Shown piece after piece: positions 25,651 through 37,700 of a stretch of DNA of 64,000 bases (within the stretch, counting starts at the first letter, position 1; every line of letters begins with the position of its first letter). The notes under the pieces were generated by a model. That model did no database searches, was not told the DNA's origin, and was given only the letters and a program-made list of their open reading frames with translations. Source of the DNA: Raillietiella orientalis (taxonomy: Eukaryota); NCBI GenBank assembly GCA_036172245.1, contig JAYWIR010000022.1, positions 1,674,001 through 1,738,000 on the forward strand, written 5' to 3'. The position numbers and the translations under genes were made by a program.

Positions 25651-27269
25651 TCTGCGCGTCCACGTCTCGTCACATGCCAACGCATGACCGCATCTGTCAA
25701 CAGATTGAGCTCCCATGCCTCCCGCTCTCTTGTGTATGGAACTCCCCTCAGAAGAGAGAGGTCAAACGTGAGAATACGGCTCGCCTACCTTTGGAGGTTC
25801 GTGTCGGAGTGCGAGCGGTCAGCGTTCCGGCATGCGATGCGCAAACGCTACATCGAAGAGAGGCGAGGCTGGTTGCTCGGGTCACCAGCGAGCCCGTCTG
25901 CTCGAAAGGCGTCCGCGAGACAAATTGGTCCTTGCGGTCGACCGGCATCGGCATCGGCAGGAGTAGGGCGGCTGGGAGTCTGCTGTGAAGCGCACTTCTT
26001 CGGGAAGAGAGGGTGAGTCCGCGGAACGCCCATGACGTCATCGATGCATGAGAGGGCGGCGCGGTCCTCTCTCCAGCCTGGGCACAGGAACGCGACCTCA
26101 CGCGCCCTTGTCGCATTTGCCAGACTGCGGACGCTGCTCTGCGGGAAAGCCTGCTCCGCCCTGTCCCTTGGAAAACGGTGGGTGCGAGGCAGCCGCATGC
26201 GGATCGGACTCTTTCCCCGCATAGATTCAGGCTCACGCAGGCAACGGTTAGAAAGTCTGCCGTCGCTAGCATATCAGTTGAGGAAAAACAGGCGGTTGAA
26301 TAGTGCGGAAAAGAGCTCTGACGCGTAAGGATGAGAGGGAAGGACTCGATTTCGCGATCGAGCGTGGTCGTGCACAGAACGTGGTCTGCAAAGAGTTCAC
26401 CTTCGACAAGAGCTCTTGCTCACCCCGAGCGTCCATGGTGGAAATAAAGTATTCACTGCGGTCGCGGACCGCTCGTTTCCTGTCGAGGTGAGTTCGATTC
26501 CTTCGAGAATGGGTCATCGCTTTGTGATGACCAAGCGGGCGACTCTGCGCAAAAAAAGGAATTTCCCATATTCTGCCAACTCACGGTGGACTTTGGAACG
26601 CATGCGGCGGTATGCTTGATCGGTGAGAATTTCCCCACGTGATGCAGGCGAGAGAACCAAAGGAGCTGCCTATTGTACATCGGGTTATCTGGAGCTCGTT
26701 GTTCCGAGCGACACCCGAAGCAACTGCGCTCCCAAATCGCATGACGTCGCAACGGTGAATTCGGTGGATGTGCTCTCGAGCGACCAGCAAGATAAGAACC
26801 AAGAAGAGATTCTTAGGAGGCCCAATGAAGAGAGGTACCGATAACTTTGTCAAAGATGAAGGGAGGTGTTTCAAGAGGCAGGAGAACGGCGCGGAAGCGC
26901 AGGTACGTGCCTTGTAATAGGAAGGATGGCAGGCCGTGACCTCTCGGAAAAAGAAGCCAAGGTAGGTTCGCCACGGCTACGATTGCAAACGGGAGACTCC
27001 GACCAACGTGCAGAAATTCATGGGAAACACCGGAGGTGCCGCAAACGCAGAAACACAAGCGAAGGATCACACAGAAGAATCGAGGGACAAAAGCATCCTT
27101 GCAATCTGTGGAGATCACACGGCCAATAGAGAGAAAGCCGTGCGGCGTCCTAGAGATGGCCTGCGACGAGGCCGACTGCAAGGTGCTCTGGCGAGCAAAG
27201 ACAAACGGGAAAAAATTGGAAAATAAAAGAAAAAGGAAATATAAATAGTTCTGCCGTTTGCGTGGAAGA

Positions 27270-27470
27270 AATCGTTGTGGCACGAGGAGGTCGCAGGCTG
27301 CACGGCCACCCACCGGGCGATGGAACTGGCGACCGAATCGGTGGTATGAGTGCGAGACGCGCCTGCCGACAGCAGCAGCGAAGGTGGCGATCCAGCTTTC
27401 GCTGGAACCGGACTTGTAAGAAGCTGTCCAAACGAAGCTGCGAATCGCTCACAGGCGCTTCCATGACCCC
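27270..27470 (-). repeat. Diverged partial copy of the Merlin-like sequence at 30.6-31.1 kb
   Basis: Exact 21-mer GACTTGTAAGAAGCTGTCCAA at 27411 and 30723, encoding LDSFLQV on the minus strand in both places. Confidence 0.45.
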
Positions 27471-27714
27471 GCTAAGGACGACAGGATGGCTTTCAGGGGA
27501 TCGGCGAAGGAATGTAGGGAGCCAATTTCCGACTCGGACCAGAAGGCTGAGAAAAAAAAACCGGATGTGGCAAGGCGGGCTGCATTTCTGAGAAAGTACC
27601 TCGATCCTTCGACCGCAAGGAAGGGAAAGGGTGATGTTCGTTTTCTCAGATTCACACCCTTCTTTTCAGCAGCCCGCTTGAGCAGAAAACAGGAAACTTC
27701 TTCAGCAGCCGTCC

Positions 27715-27930
27715 GTTCTGCGTGTCCTGCTGCAACGGCGTCGGGCTGCGCGACGACCACGAGGGGAGAGACGTTGCCGGCGCCATTTTCGACCTCGCCT
27801 TTTCGCAAGACATCGACAGGTTGTGGGTTTTCGGGTCCCAGAAGATGGACAAGTTCGTGGCCAAGAAGCTAAGTTGGGGTCGCGGCATCGAGCTGGGTCG
27901 ACGAGGAACGGTGGCAGTCTGTTCGAAAAA
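27715..27930 (+). mobile_element. AP-endonuclease N-terminal remnant of an L1/Tx1-like element
   Basis: VSCCNGVGLRDDHEGRDVAGAIFDLAFSQD...WGRG...RGTVAV parallels VACWNVNGLRDDGNRRD..DL..LQE. Confidence 0.55.
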
Positions 27931-28349
27931 CGGAAGACAGCAAGGAAAGAACGGAGATGTTTCGCAGTATTCTCGCCTTCGCTCCCCTGTGTTCAGCCTC
28001 TCTCTTGGGTTAAAAGCCGTGTTAGGTATTCGGGAGATTCTGCTCGCTCGGATTGGAGTGGACGATGCAGACTGGACCACGTTTCCTCGTCCACAACGGA
28101 ACCTCATGTCGCTGAAGCATCAAGCCAACCTTCCTGGAGGGATGCCTGAACCCACGGTCCGCCAGCACGCTCTGTCGAACCCTTGCATCCAGCGGGATAC
28201 CAGGTTTACGGACTTTGCTGATAAGTTTTCTCGTCGGATGGCGAACCGGGGTCTTTCCTCTGAAACCGGATCGCCATGCCGCTTCCACGCGAGTGCACGC
28301 CGACAAGCGGTCTTTTCGTGGGCTTCTCTCCCGGTGGACTTGCGACCAG

Positions 28350-29150
28350 TGTCAAGAGTGAATTTCGATGTCATCAGCAGGATCGTTGAGAGGACCCGTT
28401 CGCCGCTGACCAGTAGGCGCAAGGTCGTGGTGCGGATTCACAGCAATGTAATTCGGATCCTGGACGAGTTGATTTGAAAATGGAATCTGCAATTCACTTC
28501 TCAGACACATGAAAACTTGGACACCATTTCATGTGCCCAAGGAATGTCGCGTTGGCAGCGAAGAAACGGCAACATCTGATGGTTGCATCAGAGTGGCGAA
28601 CAACCAAACTGCGCGGATGAAACACGGAATGCTGGAATTCGGAAAACCAGCAGGGGATTGAGGCAAATTCAGGTGGCAGTGGAGTCTGCCGATCATCGCG
28701 GAAGGACAGTACAGAGTTGAAATGGTGAGATAGACGACTTCGAACGAAAGATTTCTGGCCCACCTGCCGAATGCGGGAAAAGCATTCGAGAATGGAGCCA
28801 ATCCGGAAGACACTGCGGTCGAAGGTTTCAATGAGATTCAGCAACATCAACGAAAGACGGAAGAGAACTTCAAGGCTGAAAGTAGAAAGAGGCAGGGGGA
28901 TCCCATGGTCTTCTCACAAATTCAGAAACCTAAATATGAAGGGAGCGCGAAACGATTAGTGAAAGACTCACCACGTGAATGCTGCAAAGCCACAAGTGCC
29001 GCTGACGGTGACTCCGATCGTGCTTGGCTTAGAAGGTTGCACTAGTGGGTTTCTGCCAAGGCCGGTATGGTGGTCAAAGAGCGTCTTCGCATTCTTGTTC
29101 CTTAAACATTCTTCTCCAGGCACCAAATTTGCAGCTAGCATTGACAATTC
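28350..29150 (-). mobile_element. Possible jockey-like RT remnant
   Basis: In order: PYRP, LPSYLGF*, LLNLIETFDRSV (DLEKAFDRV-like) and PADDI. Confidence 0.33.
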
Positions 29151-29949
29151 CGAGGGGCTGGGGCCAATGGCGTGACCCTGGTTCCCGAGGATACAATGGA
29201 GCCCAATCTAAGAAGCCCCAAGGCATGAGTTTGAGTTCCTCGTGCGTCTTTGACCAATTAAGGGGACCCTATTTTCAATGTCCACAATTTGCCTGGTCTT
29301 TCTCCGTAGCCTCACTGAACGACAAAGACTGAACTCATTTTCTCGATGTCCATCCTGTAGCTAACGTTTGATGACTCCACAAGCTTCTTCGACTGGTTGC
29401 AGAGCCGGAAGTCATGCAAGGACATCCTCTGAGGGTGTTGCGACTTGAAACTTCTCTTCCCACGGGGGCATTCGAAGAGCCGTGGGGATACTATCCTCCT
29501 CCTGTTTGTTCAGCCGAGTCGGCCGGAATACATCTTGCGCCTTCTCGAAGAGACAAGCCGTATTCAAAATGATTGCTGGGTCCATTCCTCTGAACATAAG
29601 GTCCGGTGGAACGCAACGCCCAGCCCCCGCGGCGTGCCTTTTTTTCTTTCTTGAAAGAAAGGTCCCGACGTGTCCTCCATCACGGAAAGCAACAACTTCT
29701 ATGTTGAATGAACAAGGGATCCGAAATACGTACAGTTCAAGAGCGACAGCTGTGGGTGCTTACCCGGTGGGACGACTCTAACTGGAGACAAAGAAACGCA
29801 ACCAGGAAGCAATGAAGAGAGAGGAAGGAAGGACAAGAAACGAATCGAGGAGTGGAAGGATGTACTTGTTCGGCGGTGCAAAGCGAATGCATCTCGAAGA
29901 TCCTCGTAGGCCTCTCCCCAGGAAGGGCAAGACGGGAGCGTTTCACTTC

Positions 29950-30360
29950 ATCGGCGTCGCGTGGATCAGCCCACGGTCGACCTAAGGTTCCCTGAAACCT
30001 CACCTTCCAGATTCCTCCATTCCTCGGTCGCAATCTGCGTGTGGCCGATGGCGATCTCAAGTGGCCCCATAACATGACGGCAACTCTTGCCTTGCGATGG
30101 GGCGGCCACCGGTACTGCCACTTGTCGGCGAATATCTAGACAGGAGGCAACCAGTGAGCCAGGATAAAGGAACCCGGCTCGAAGGAAGTCTTGCGAGACA
30201 GCGTCTGGAAGTAAAACTGCCCCAGAGATGTGCTTCCATCCCGAAGGAAGCCCTCCGACGTTCTTACCGCACGTGCGTAAGTGTCCCCGTTATGACGTAG
30301 CGGCTGCACCCTTTGGGGACGATCCCACCTCTGAGGAGTGATAATGACTCGTCATTACGA
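29950..30360 (-). mobile_element. L1/Tx1-like ORF2 remnant (post-RT)
   Basis: AHLWGSF resembles AAVWNAF. MLWGHLRSP...PRNGGI resembles ALWGKGRPR...PRRDGGL. Confidence 0.45.
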
Positions 30361-30609
30361 ACTAGAGTCGAGTGCTCCATCAGGAGGAAGAGCCCGCATA
30401 GCGAATCCGGAAAGCAGAAAACAGTTTGCTTGCCTCGGCGTGTAGGTCGGGAGTTTTTCCCGGCAGTCGAAGAGAGTGCCGGGAAAAACGTTCCATGGCT
30501 TCCGAAGTGCCGTCCGAGATTTTTCCGATGCGAGGCAGCCAACTCGCATCTTCCTTCGAGACTTTTCTCTTTGTTTTTCTGTTCCACGTGAAACGGAGCA
30601 CGCAAGCGC

Positions 30610-31100
30610 CTCCTCGCGTGCCTCTTGGAAACTTTTCGGGACACGAGGTAGTGGAAGTTCCTGACGGCGTGTCCATCGGTGACGCCGAGGTGGAGGCGGA
30701 CCGCTCGTTCTGATTCCACGAAGACTTGTAAGAAGCTGTCCAAGGACTGGACTGTCTCCCGCTGGAACATCGCCGCCACGCGGTGCAAGGAAGGAAATAG
30801 TCAGCGAATGACAGGGCGAGGTTTTAAGACCTCCTGGACGCACTGGAAGAGATGGCGCTGCTCCCTCGGGCGTTGCACGAGTCCGCATCCTGCAGAGTTC
30901 CTGGCAAAGAGGACAGGCGAGCCTCTGGGAGGACTCTGCCATTTCCTTGCTCGTAAGGGCTGCGCGACTGCCCTCGTACTTTGCGACACGAAGAAGCCGA
31001 CACTTCTCTAAAAAGAGAAGGAGGTCCCCTCTCGTCTCGAAGACCAGCAGCGTCTCGCACTGCCATCGAAGCTTCTTCGGCTTCCTCCCCCGCCCGACGA
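30610..31100 (-). mobile_element. Merlin/ISXO2-like (IS1595 family) transposase N-terminal remnant
   Basis: LLFLEKCRLL...LACPLCQELCRM...HLFQC, then MFQRETVQSLDSFLQV...LGVTDGHAVRNFHYLVSRKV. This resembles the zinc-ribbon plus HTH N-terminus. Frameshifted; no DDE core seen. Confidence 0.42.
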
Positions 31101-31554
31101 CTGGAACCGCCTCGACGGCCGCAGGACTGTGCTCTGGCACTTCGCAGCGCATGCGACTGCTAAGCGAACCTGAAAAAGCTCGCACGCGTCCTCTTCCTCT
31201 TCCGCTGCAGAGGCAGTGGCTTACCCTACGAGCCGATCTCGGGCTCTGTCGGCGTGCGCCGACAGGTTCTCCGTAGTTGCCTATGCCTCGTCACGACCTC
31301 TGTCCACTACTGTCGCTCACCTAACTGCCGGAAGAAGGAAAAGACGTTGTGGAAAAGAGAAAAGAAAACCAACTCGAAAGTCCGACTGCTCCGGGTGTTT
31401 TATTCTGGAGAAGGGCGTTCGTCTTGCTCAACATTGCGAGAGGCAGCGCGTGAACGCCCGCGGAGAAAAGGAAGCACGGTTCTAAGAAACGAAGACGCGT
31501 AGCGGGAAGGATAATTTCCATGCTGTCGCATTGCGGAATGTGTCCGAGGTGTTC

Positions 31555-33187
31555 CTACGCTTTGGTGACTCTTTGAAGCGAGCAAAGTTTATCGATGTCC
31601 TGGCAGACTTCGCGTTGCATTTTCTGGAACACCTGCAGCGCTTTTTCAACAGAGCAGGTGGTGCGGTTCTCGCAAAAGGGAAGGTTCATGAGCTTTTCGT
31701 TCCTGTAGATAGCCATGAGTTTGGTTGACCCGCACTTGTAGACCACCATGAGGTGATTCGAAACGTAAGGACACACTGTGCTCGCCTTCTGCTTCCTGTT
31801 CGCCATTTGCTCATAAATGCGCGCTTCCAGAGGCAAGTCATCTTGAAAGAAACCCAACAGGGTATCCAGTTTCAAAATGGATCCCTCGTGGGAAAAATAG
31901 AATGAACTGAGCTCGTCGGACCTGAAGATAGGAAAATGAGCGAAAACTGCCGTCTGGAGTTACCGGAGGCTCACGTGAGATGCTCCACCATGTCGTTGAA
32001 CGCGTAGCAGGCCAGCTTGGCATTCAACGGCGTCCCGCGGCCGTACTTGTGGTGAAGCCTTAAATCTATCAAGTACTGGAGAACCTGCATATCACTGGCA
32101 TCGAACAGTTGGCACCAAGGGGAGACTTTTGTGTTATCCCACGCGTTCTCATAGTTGCAGGTCTCGTACATGAGCAGTAGATCCTCTAAAATGCGATTCT
32201 CTTTCCCCCATTGATCTCGAGCGCGTAACTCTACCTTCTGTCAATCTGTTCATATGGGTCCTCTTCGAAACATTGTTGAGGGCAATTTTCATATAATGTC
32301 CATTCATGAACGTGCGGTACTCCTTCAGAGTGTCAGGATTTTTGCTGACCTCTTTCTTCCACTTTTCGCAGAAGTGCTGCGGCTGTTGAAAGCAACCCGC
32401 AAGTTCGAACGATTCCTGCAGACAAGAGGTGCTCACCCTTATCATCTCGTTCATCTTCGTGCTGTTGGGATTGGCAGCTTTAGCATCTGCGGATCTGCCG
32501 AGGCCCTCCAAAAAAGACGTTGCGCTCGACAGCGTTCTTTCCGCGTCCCCGTAGCCGTACTGCAAGAAACCTCCAGGCACAGCCAGAAGAGCAAGCAAAC
32601 TCACGTGGATTGCATGTTTCGAATTTTGCAGAAACTTGAAATGCTTTCGAAATCTTTGACCCAGTTCCTTCATCTCCACTCTGCCGTTCTGCACAAGGTG
32701 TCCGTAGTTGCTCTCCCCAATCTGGTTCCAATTCCACTCACGCAGATGCTGAGGAAACTTCTTGTCGCCTTGGCAGAGCGCGACTGAAATGAAGGTCAGC
32801 GAAAACCTCGAATGCTCCAACTCGTCAACCTTTTTTGTTCATCACGTGTTCTGCAAGAGTAGTTGCAATGGCAGGCAAACTTCGCTTGGTATCATCCACG
32901 TCCGGTTTGTTGGGAAGCCGAGCTCCATGCCGAGCGTACAGCCACACCCGAACCGCCTCGCAGCCTACGAGAATCCACGGAGAAATGGCGCGCCCAAGAA
33001 AGAGGTGTTGGAGGGTACCTGGTGGCGTGTTCTGTAAATCGTTCCCTCTGATGTATTTGTACAAGGTCCTGGTGCTCGAGTACTCTGCCAGTTGCCCCAA
33101 GTCTTCCGGTTTCCAGCAAGTTGCAGCCACGTTTGCGGCGCATAGCAACACTTGGACGCAGCAGGCGAGCATCCACAATTGACCCAT
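31555..33187 (-). CDS. MINPP1: Multiple inositol polyphosphate phosphatase 1-like histidine acid phosphatase, 7 exons, 443 aa
   Basis: Exons 33187-33019, 32964-32830, 32783-32605, 32559-32437, 32382-32235, 32185-31975 and 31921-31555. All introns are GT-AG (45-54 nt) and the exons sum to 1332 nt. Signal-peptide-like N-terminus, RHGARLP catalytic motif, MYETCNYENAW, SPWCQLF, YFSHEG. Confidence 0.92.
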
Positions 33188-33949
33188 GGGCGTGTCTTCG
33201 AATCGATCACTGGAGTGCTCCGATCTGAAAAAGACCTGTGAGTGGAAGCAAGCACCACGTTCCGGGATTCCCCTTTTCATCGCGGAGAGTGGAAATCGAT
33301 CGGGGGGATCGGGAACGCGGGTGCGTTGCCGGCTCAACGCGAGCGAGTTCTTCGACGTGCACACGACGTGACGACGCGTTACCCACTCACGGAAGTGGCA
33401 AAGGTGCTCATTGCGCTCACCACCGCACCTTTGCAGCGTTGCAAAGACTCACTATATCGAAGGAGCGTTCCCGCTAGGTCGAAGACCACGATTCGTTCCT
33501 GAGTCACGGACCCATTTTAGGAAAAGGAACCAGTACTTCGGTTCGCGCGTTCGATAGGCCGCCAGCCATTCATTTTGCTTAGACGGCGACCTCTCAAAGT
33601 CGGATCTCTCCCAATGCACACGAAGGATCCGTCCGAACCTCTCGCACTCGACGGTGGTACCAAACGCGAGTGTTGTCCGTTGAAGTTCCTCCAGGATTTA
33701 AAGGAAAATGCACGTGCTCATCGACAAGATCTATTACGCAAATCTAGCCAGAAATCCATTTATCCTAATGAAGAAAGAGTCATCGTCGAAAGCAGCTAGT
33801 AATTCAAAACCATGGAAATGTGCAAGACGCACGCGTTTCGCAATCGAACAAGCAGAGCAACTGAGAAGCAACCATACGGCAGCATGTCGAACGCACTCCC
33901 GTTCCAAAGAAGCTGGAGGAAGAGGGAATGGCACGCGCCATTTCTGAGC

Positions 33950-34560
33950 ACCTGTGTTCCATTCAATTTTTCCCCAGAGTATTCTTAGACGAGAAGGAAA
34001 GCTCCTAGGAGGAACCGCTTTCCTCCCAGCGCAGCCAGGTAAGCGTGGCATCCAGCGCTGCTCACTTGGAAGTGTCCTCCCCTTCGGTGGCAAGTGCCAG
34101 CACCGTTGCCAAGAACGGTCCCATACTGAATCGGTTCGCGTCGAAACGAACCAACTCACACGGGACAGGGAGGCGAATTGGGCTGGCAACGCCACACGCC
34201 TTTCCTTTCCCTGTATGTACGGGCAGGCAACTCCTGGACACATTGCGATGCTCCGTGGGACAAGACGACGCCCATTGCTTCCGCACGCTAGAGAGGGAAG
34301 ATCGTTTTCTGGAAGCTTGAAAGAGACGGCTTTGCGGAGATCCATCCACGGAAACGAGATCTGGGTAAAACACTGGGCTCCACCCTAGCTGTTCTTCCTT
34401 CCTTCCCCTGGTGAGAGACGACCTTCGGAAGGGCGGGGGGAAGGAACGCGACAAGTCCTCGCTGGAGAAAGCCTCTGACATTGTGGGAAAGAAAAGGTCT
34501 CCCTCCAGCTTCGCGATCTTCTTGCAAACTACCCACCATCCCGACTGGACTCAAAAGCCT
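33950..34560 (+). mobile_element. Possible L1-like RT remnant
   Basis: QPGKRG (APGEDG-like), ANWAG, EGRSFSGSL (GRSM-like) and SLEKASDIV (DLEKAFDRV-like) appear in order. Confidence 0.35.
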
Positions 34561-34799
34561 CCTGGTCATCATCTTTGCAGCAGTTATACGCGGGATCGCT
34601 TTTTCTCTTCGACATCGCGTAGCCTCCTCACGATACGACGACGGTCTGCGCGATTGCGGGAGGAGGCGAGACGTAGCACCGACCTACGGGTCTTCGCTCA
34701 TAGATCCTGCAGCAGATCCAAACGATCTCGGCAGAGGAAGCTCAGGATCACCCGTTGGCGTCGAGGTCTTCATGCACAGGAAACCAGCGAGCACCCGTA

Positions 34800-37700
34800 G
34801 GGCAGCGCAGTTCCCGAAACAAAAGCAAAAAAATCGCAAGTTCAAGGATAGGAGTCGCCGACACTCAGTGCAGGGAAGTTTCCAAGCGCTCTGGAGCGGA
34901 AGTGAAGGGGACATTCCGTAGACAAATAAAGGGAATGGGGGGACGCAGTGAGAAGGGATTCTTGCCTCACCTTCCGATCTGCAGCCGAAGCAGGCGCACC
35001 ATGACTTTCATAACTTCATCCTGATGTCTTACTTCAGGTCATGCCAGTCTAGGAGCAGCGTTCTCCTTGTAGAAGGCTGCCATGCGGGTGAATCCCCGGA
35101 CCCCTGCACGCCGAGCGTCGCGAAGAGGGAGCGGGTATACCAGTCTTTGAGAACGGTGCAATCACGGCGCCTGCCAAAAGTGTGCCGCGCGTAGAAAATC
35201 GCGCAGCAAGTCCCTGGCAGTGACCCCTGCAAACAGGATCGCCGGAGACGGCGTTCGTCGCAGTCCTTGGACGGTACCGCATCTCGGAAGCAGCAGCAGG
35301 GACGATCCGAACTTTCCTGATCCTCCTGCTCGGAACAGTTCGCGGATGCGGATTTCCCGGAACTGAAATGCGAACGCCGATTGCACTGGAAAACAAGCAG
35401 CACGACCTGCTTTCGCCTAGAGGGCACCACTGAAATGTCCTGACGCAAGGCAAAGAGAGGGATGTCTTCTGGGAGGCACACTCCGAAGTTCACCTTGCCG
35501 AAATGCTCCCTTCTGTCGGGAACGAGGTGTGGCGTGTGCGTCCACCATCTCGCCCGTCTTCCGGCTTCGCAGGAGTTGGGTCTTCTCTGCAACGGTGAAG
35601 GAGCAGAAGAAATCGTATTCCGACGGGAAGTAACCGGGGTTTCTTGCTTTCCCGGCAGACAAAATCGCGGAGAGCGAAGCGACGGCCAGCATGGACGCCT
35701 TTGACGAATTCTGCGAGGTATAAGCCCTGAAGGGATGTCAGCCGTCGCAGGAGACGAAGTATTTGCGAGCGCACTTCCAAAGTGATGTCCACGTTTTCAA
35801 CCGCTTTCCTCCTCCAGGCACTCCAGTCCTTACAACGATGGAGGGATTCCAGAAGTGACGCCCCTTGCACCAAAGAAAAGTCCCATGCTCCCTTTCCCAT
35901 TCCGGGTGCGCTGCAGCAACGAGATAACAAGTCCTTGGCTGCCACCGGCGCACAAGGAGACAAGTCGTCCATTCGGAAGTTTACCTGCGGCACTCTTCCC
36001 TCCATAGCGAGGATCCCAAAGCCATCACGACAGAGTGGAACCACCAAGTATCAGAAGGGAATCCTGCAGCCAGCATCCAAACAGACTTTTCGCAACAGGC
36101 ATTGCGCACGTAGCTTGGCCGAATGGAGAGGCGTGCGAACGAAAGGCAGAAAGCGGAGGCGACCGGAATGAAGACCCTATCCAAATGGTGATCCCTTCCG
36201 GAAAAACGCGGTTCCAGGAGATCAACGGCACCAGGAGCATCTCAGAGCCATCTCAGGTTTTTGCAGGCCGGCCGACCGCGCATCCTCTCCGCCTCCTTCT
36301 TATCGTTTTCCCTGTCCCTAAAGAAACAGACAGAGGATCTTCAGAGGAACGCTCCCTGTGAGGCAAAGGGTGGTTCCGCGTTCGCGTGAGAAACCAAATC
36401 GAGTCCCGGGGAGATGGTGGACTCGACGTTCTGACGCCCGAATGGAGGTGGAAGCTTCAATTACCGCTGGGAAGAAGAATCAGGGTGTTGCTGCACGCCT
36501 TCTTGCCGAGAGATCACTCGTCTGCAAGGAAACGACGCCGTGGCTCGTCGACAGCCACTGAAGACTGGCCCGTTGCGGGTATGATCGGCAAGTGGTTGCC
36601 TTCGCGAGGACTAACCCTGGGATCTGCTGAGTACATGGCAAGTGTTTGCTGCCTGCGCGGGACGGAAGAGAACTGCATCGCTGCGAAAATTCACCAGCAA
36701 GACGGAGGCATTATCCAGAGGGAAAGAAAATCGACACGAAGATCGTCACCAGGTAGAGGCAATCCCACTTGAATAATCATGAAACATCTCTGTAGCACGC
36801 ATTCTTGAAAGGATGCAAACCAAGGTTTTCAATCCTTTCCCAATCCCTCCAGATATTTTACGCTTTTTTTTTGGCCTAACCTCTTTCTCCGAGGGAAAAG
36901 ACAAAAGGAGAACTGTCGAGGCAACACTCGATGATATTAGTAGAGGCTGCTCTCCCACCATCCGTCCGTTTATTTCCCGTTATATTGAACGTCCCGACGG
37001 GATGAAAAAGCTATCGTTCCTGACTCAAGAAATTTCCGTACACCTCTGCTTTCATCCCACATCGTCTTCCGACATGCAGTTTTCAAGCTTCGCTTCGCTC
37101 GGACGAGCCACATATCCCCTGAAAACGAGCACACGCACAGACAGCACTCGCCAAATGCTTAGCGAACCTTTGACACGCTTCACCCGTCTCCAAACCGCCC
37201 TTCCCTTCCGTGGTCTCCGTGGTTTGGCAGCAACCCTGCTGATGACAGGGAGCGACTGCTCCAAAGGAGACAGCCAGCGCGAGCACCTGCTGCGCACGGT
37301 GGCTCCGTGGGGAGCTGATTCTCCCGAAACCTTTCTGCTTACAGGGGCTCCATCGCAGTCATTGGTGCGAAAGCACAACGTGAGGCGGGAGATCGTCAGT
37401 GCCTGTCGAGCGCGAATCCGAGTGCTGTTTCCTCGGTCGCCGTCTGCAGGATTCGTAGGACCGATGGAAATTCTGGGCTTCAGCTCCGCAGCTCCAGAAA
37501 GCGGCGCGACTTTCTCTTCCTGGCGCAGCGGTTTCGTGGGCGCCTCGGAGAGTATTCGGGGCTGACAGAGCGTCCGTTGCGGTGTTCCTCCCACGCCAAG
37601 GATCGCTTGCCACGCCCACCACCAGTAGTACGCTCTGCGAACCGTGCTTTGAGGCTGCCGCGCCAACGGAGCCGCGAAGGTGCTCCAGGGAGAGAGGACA

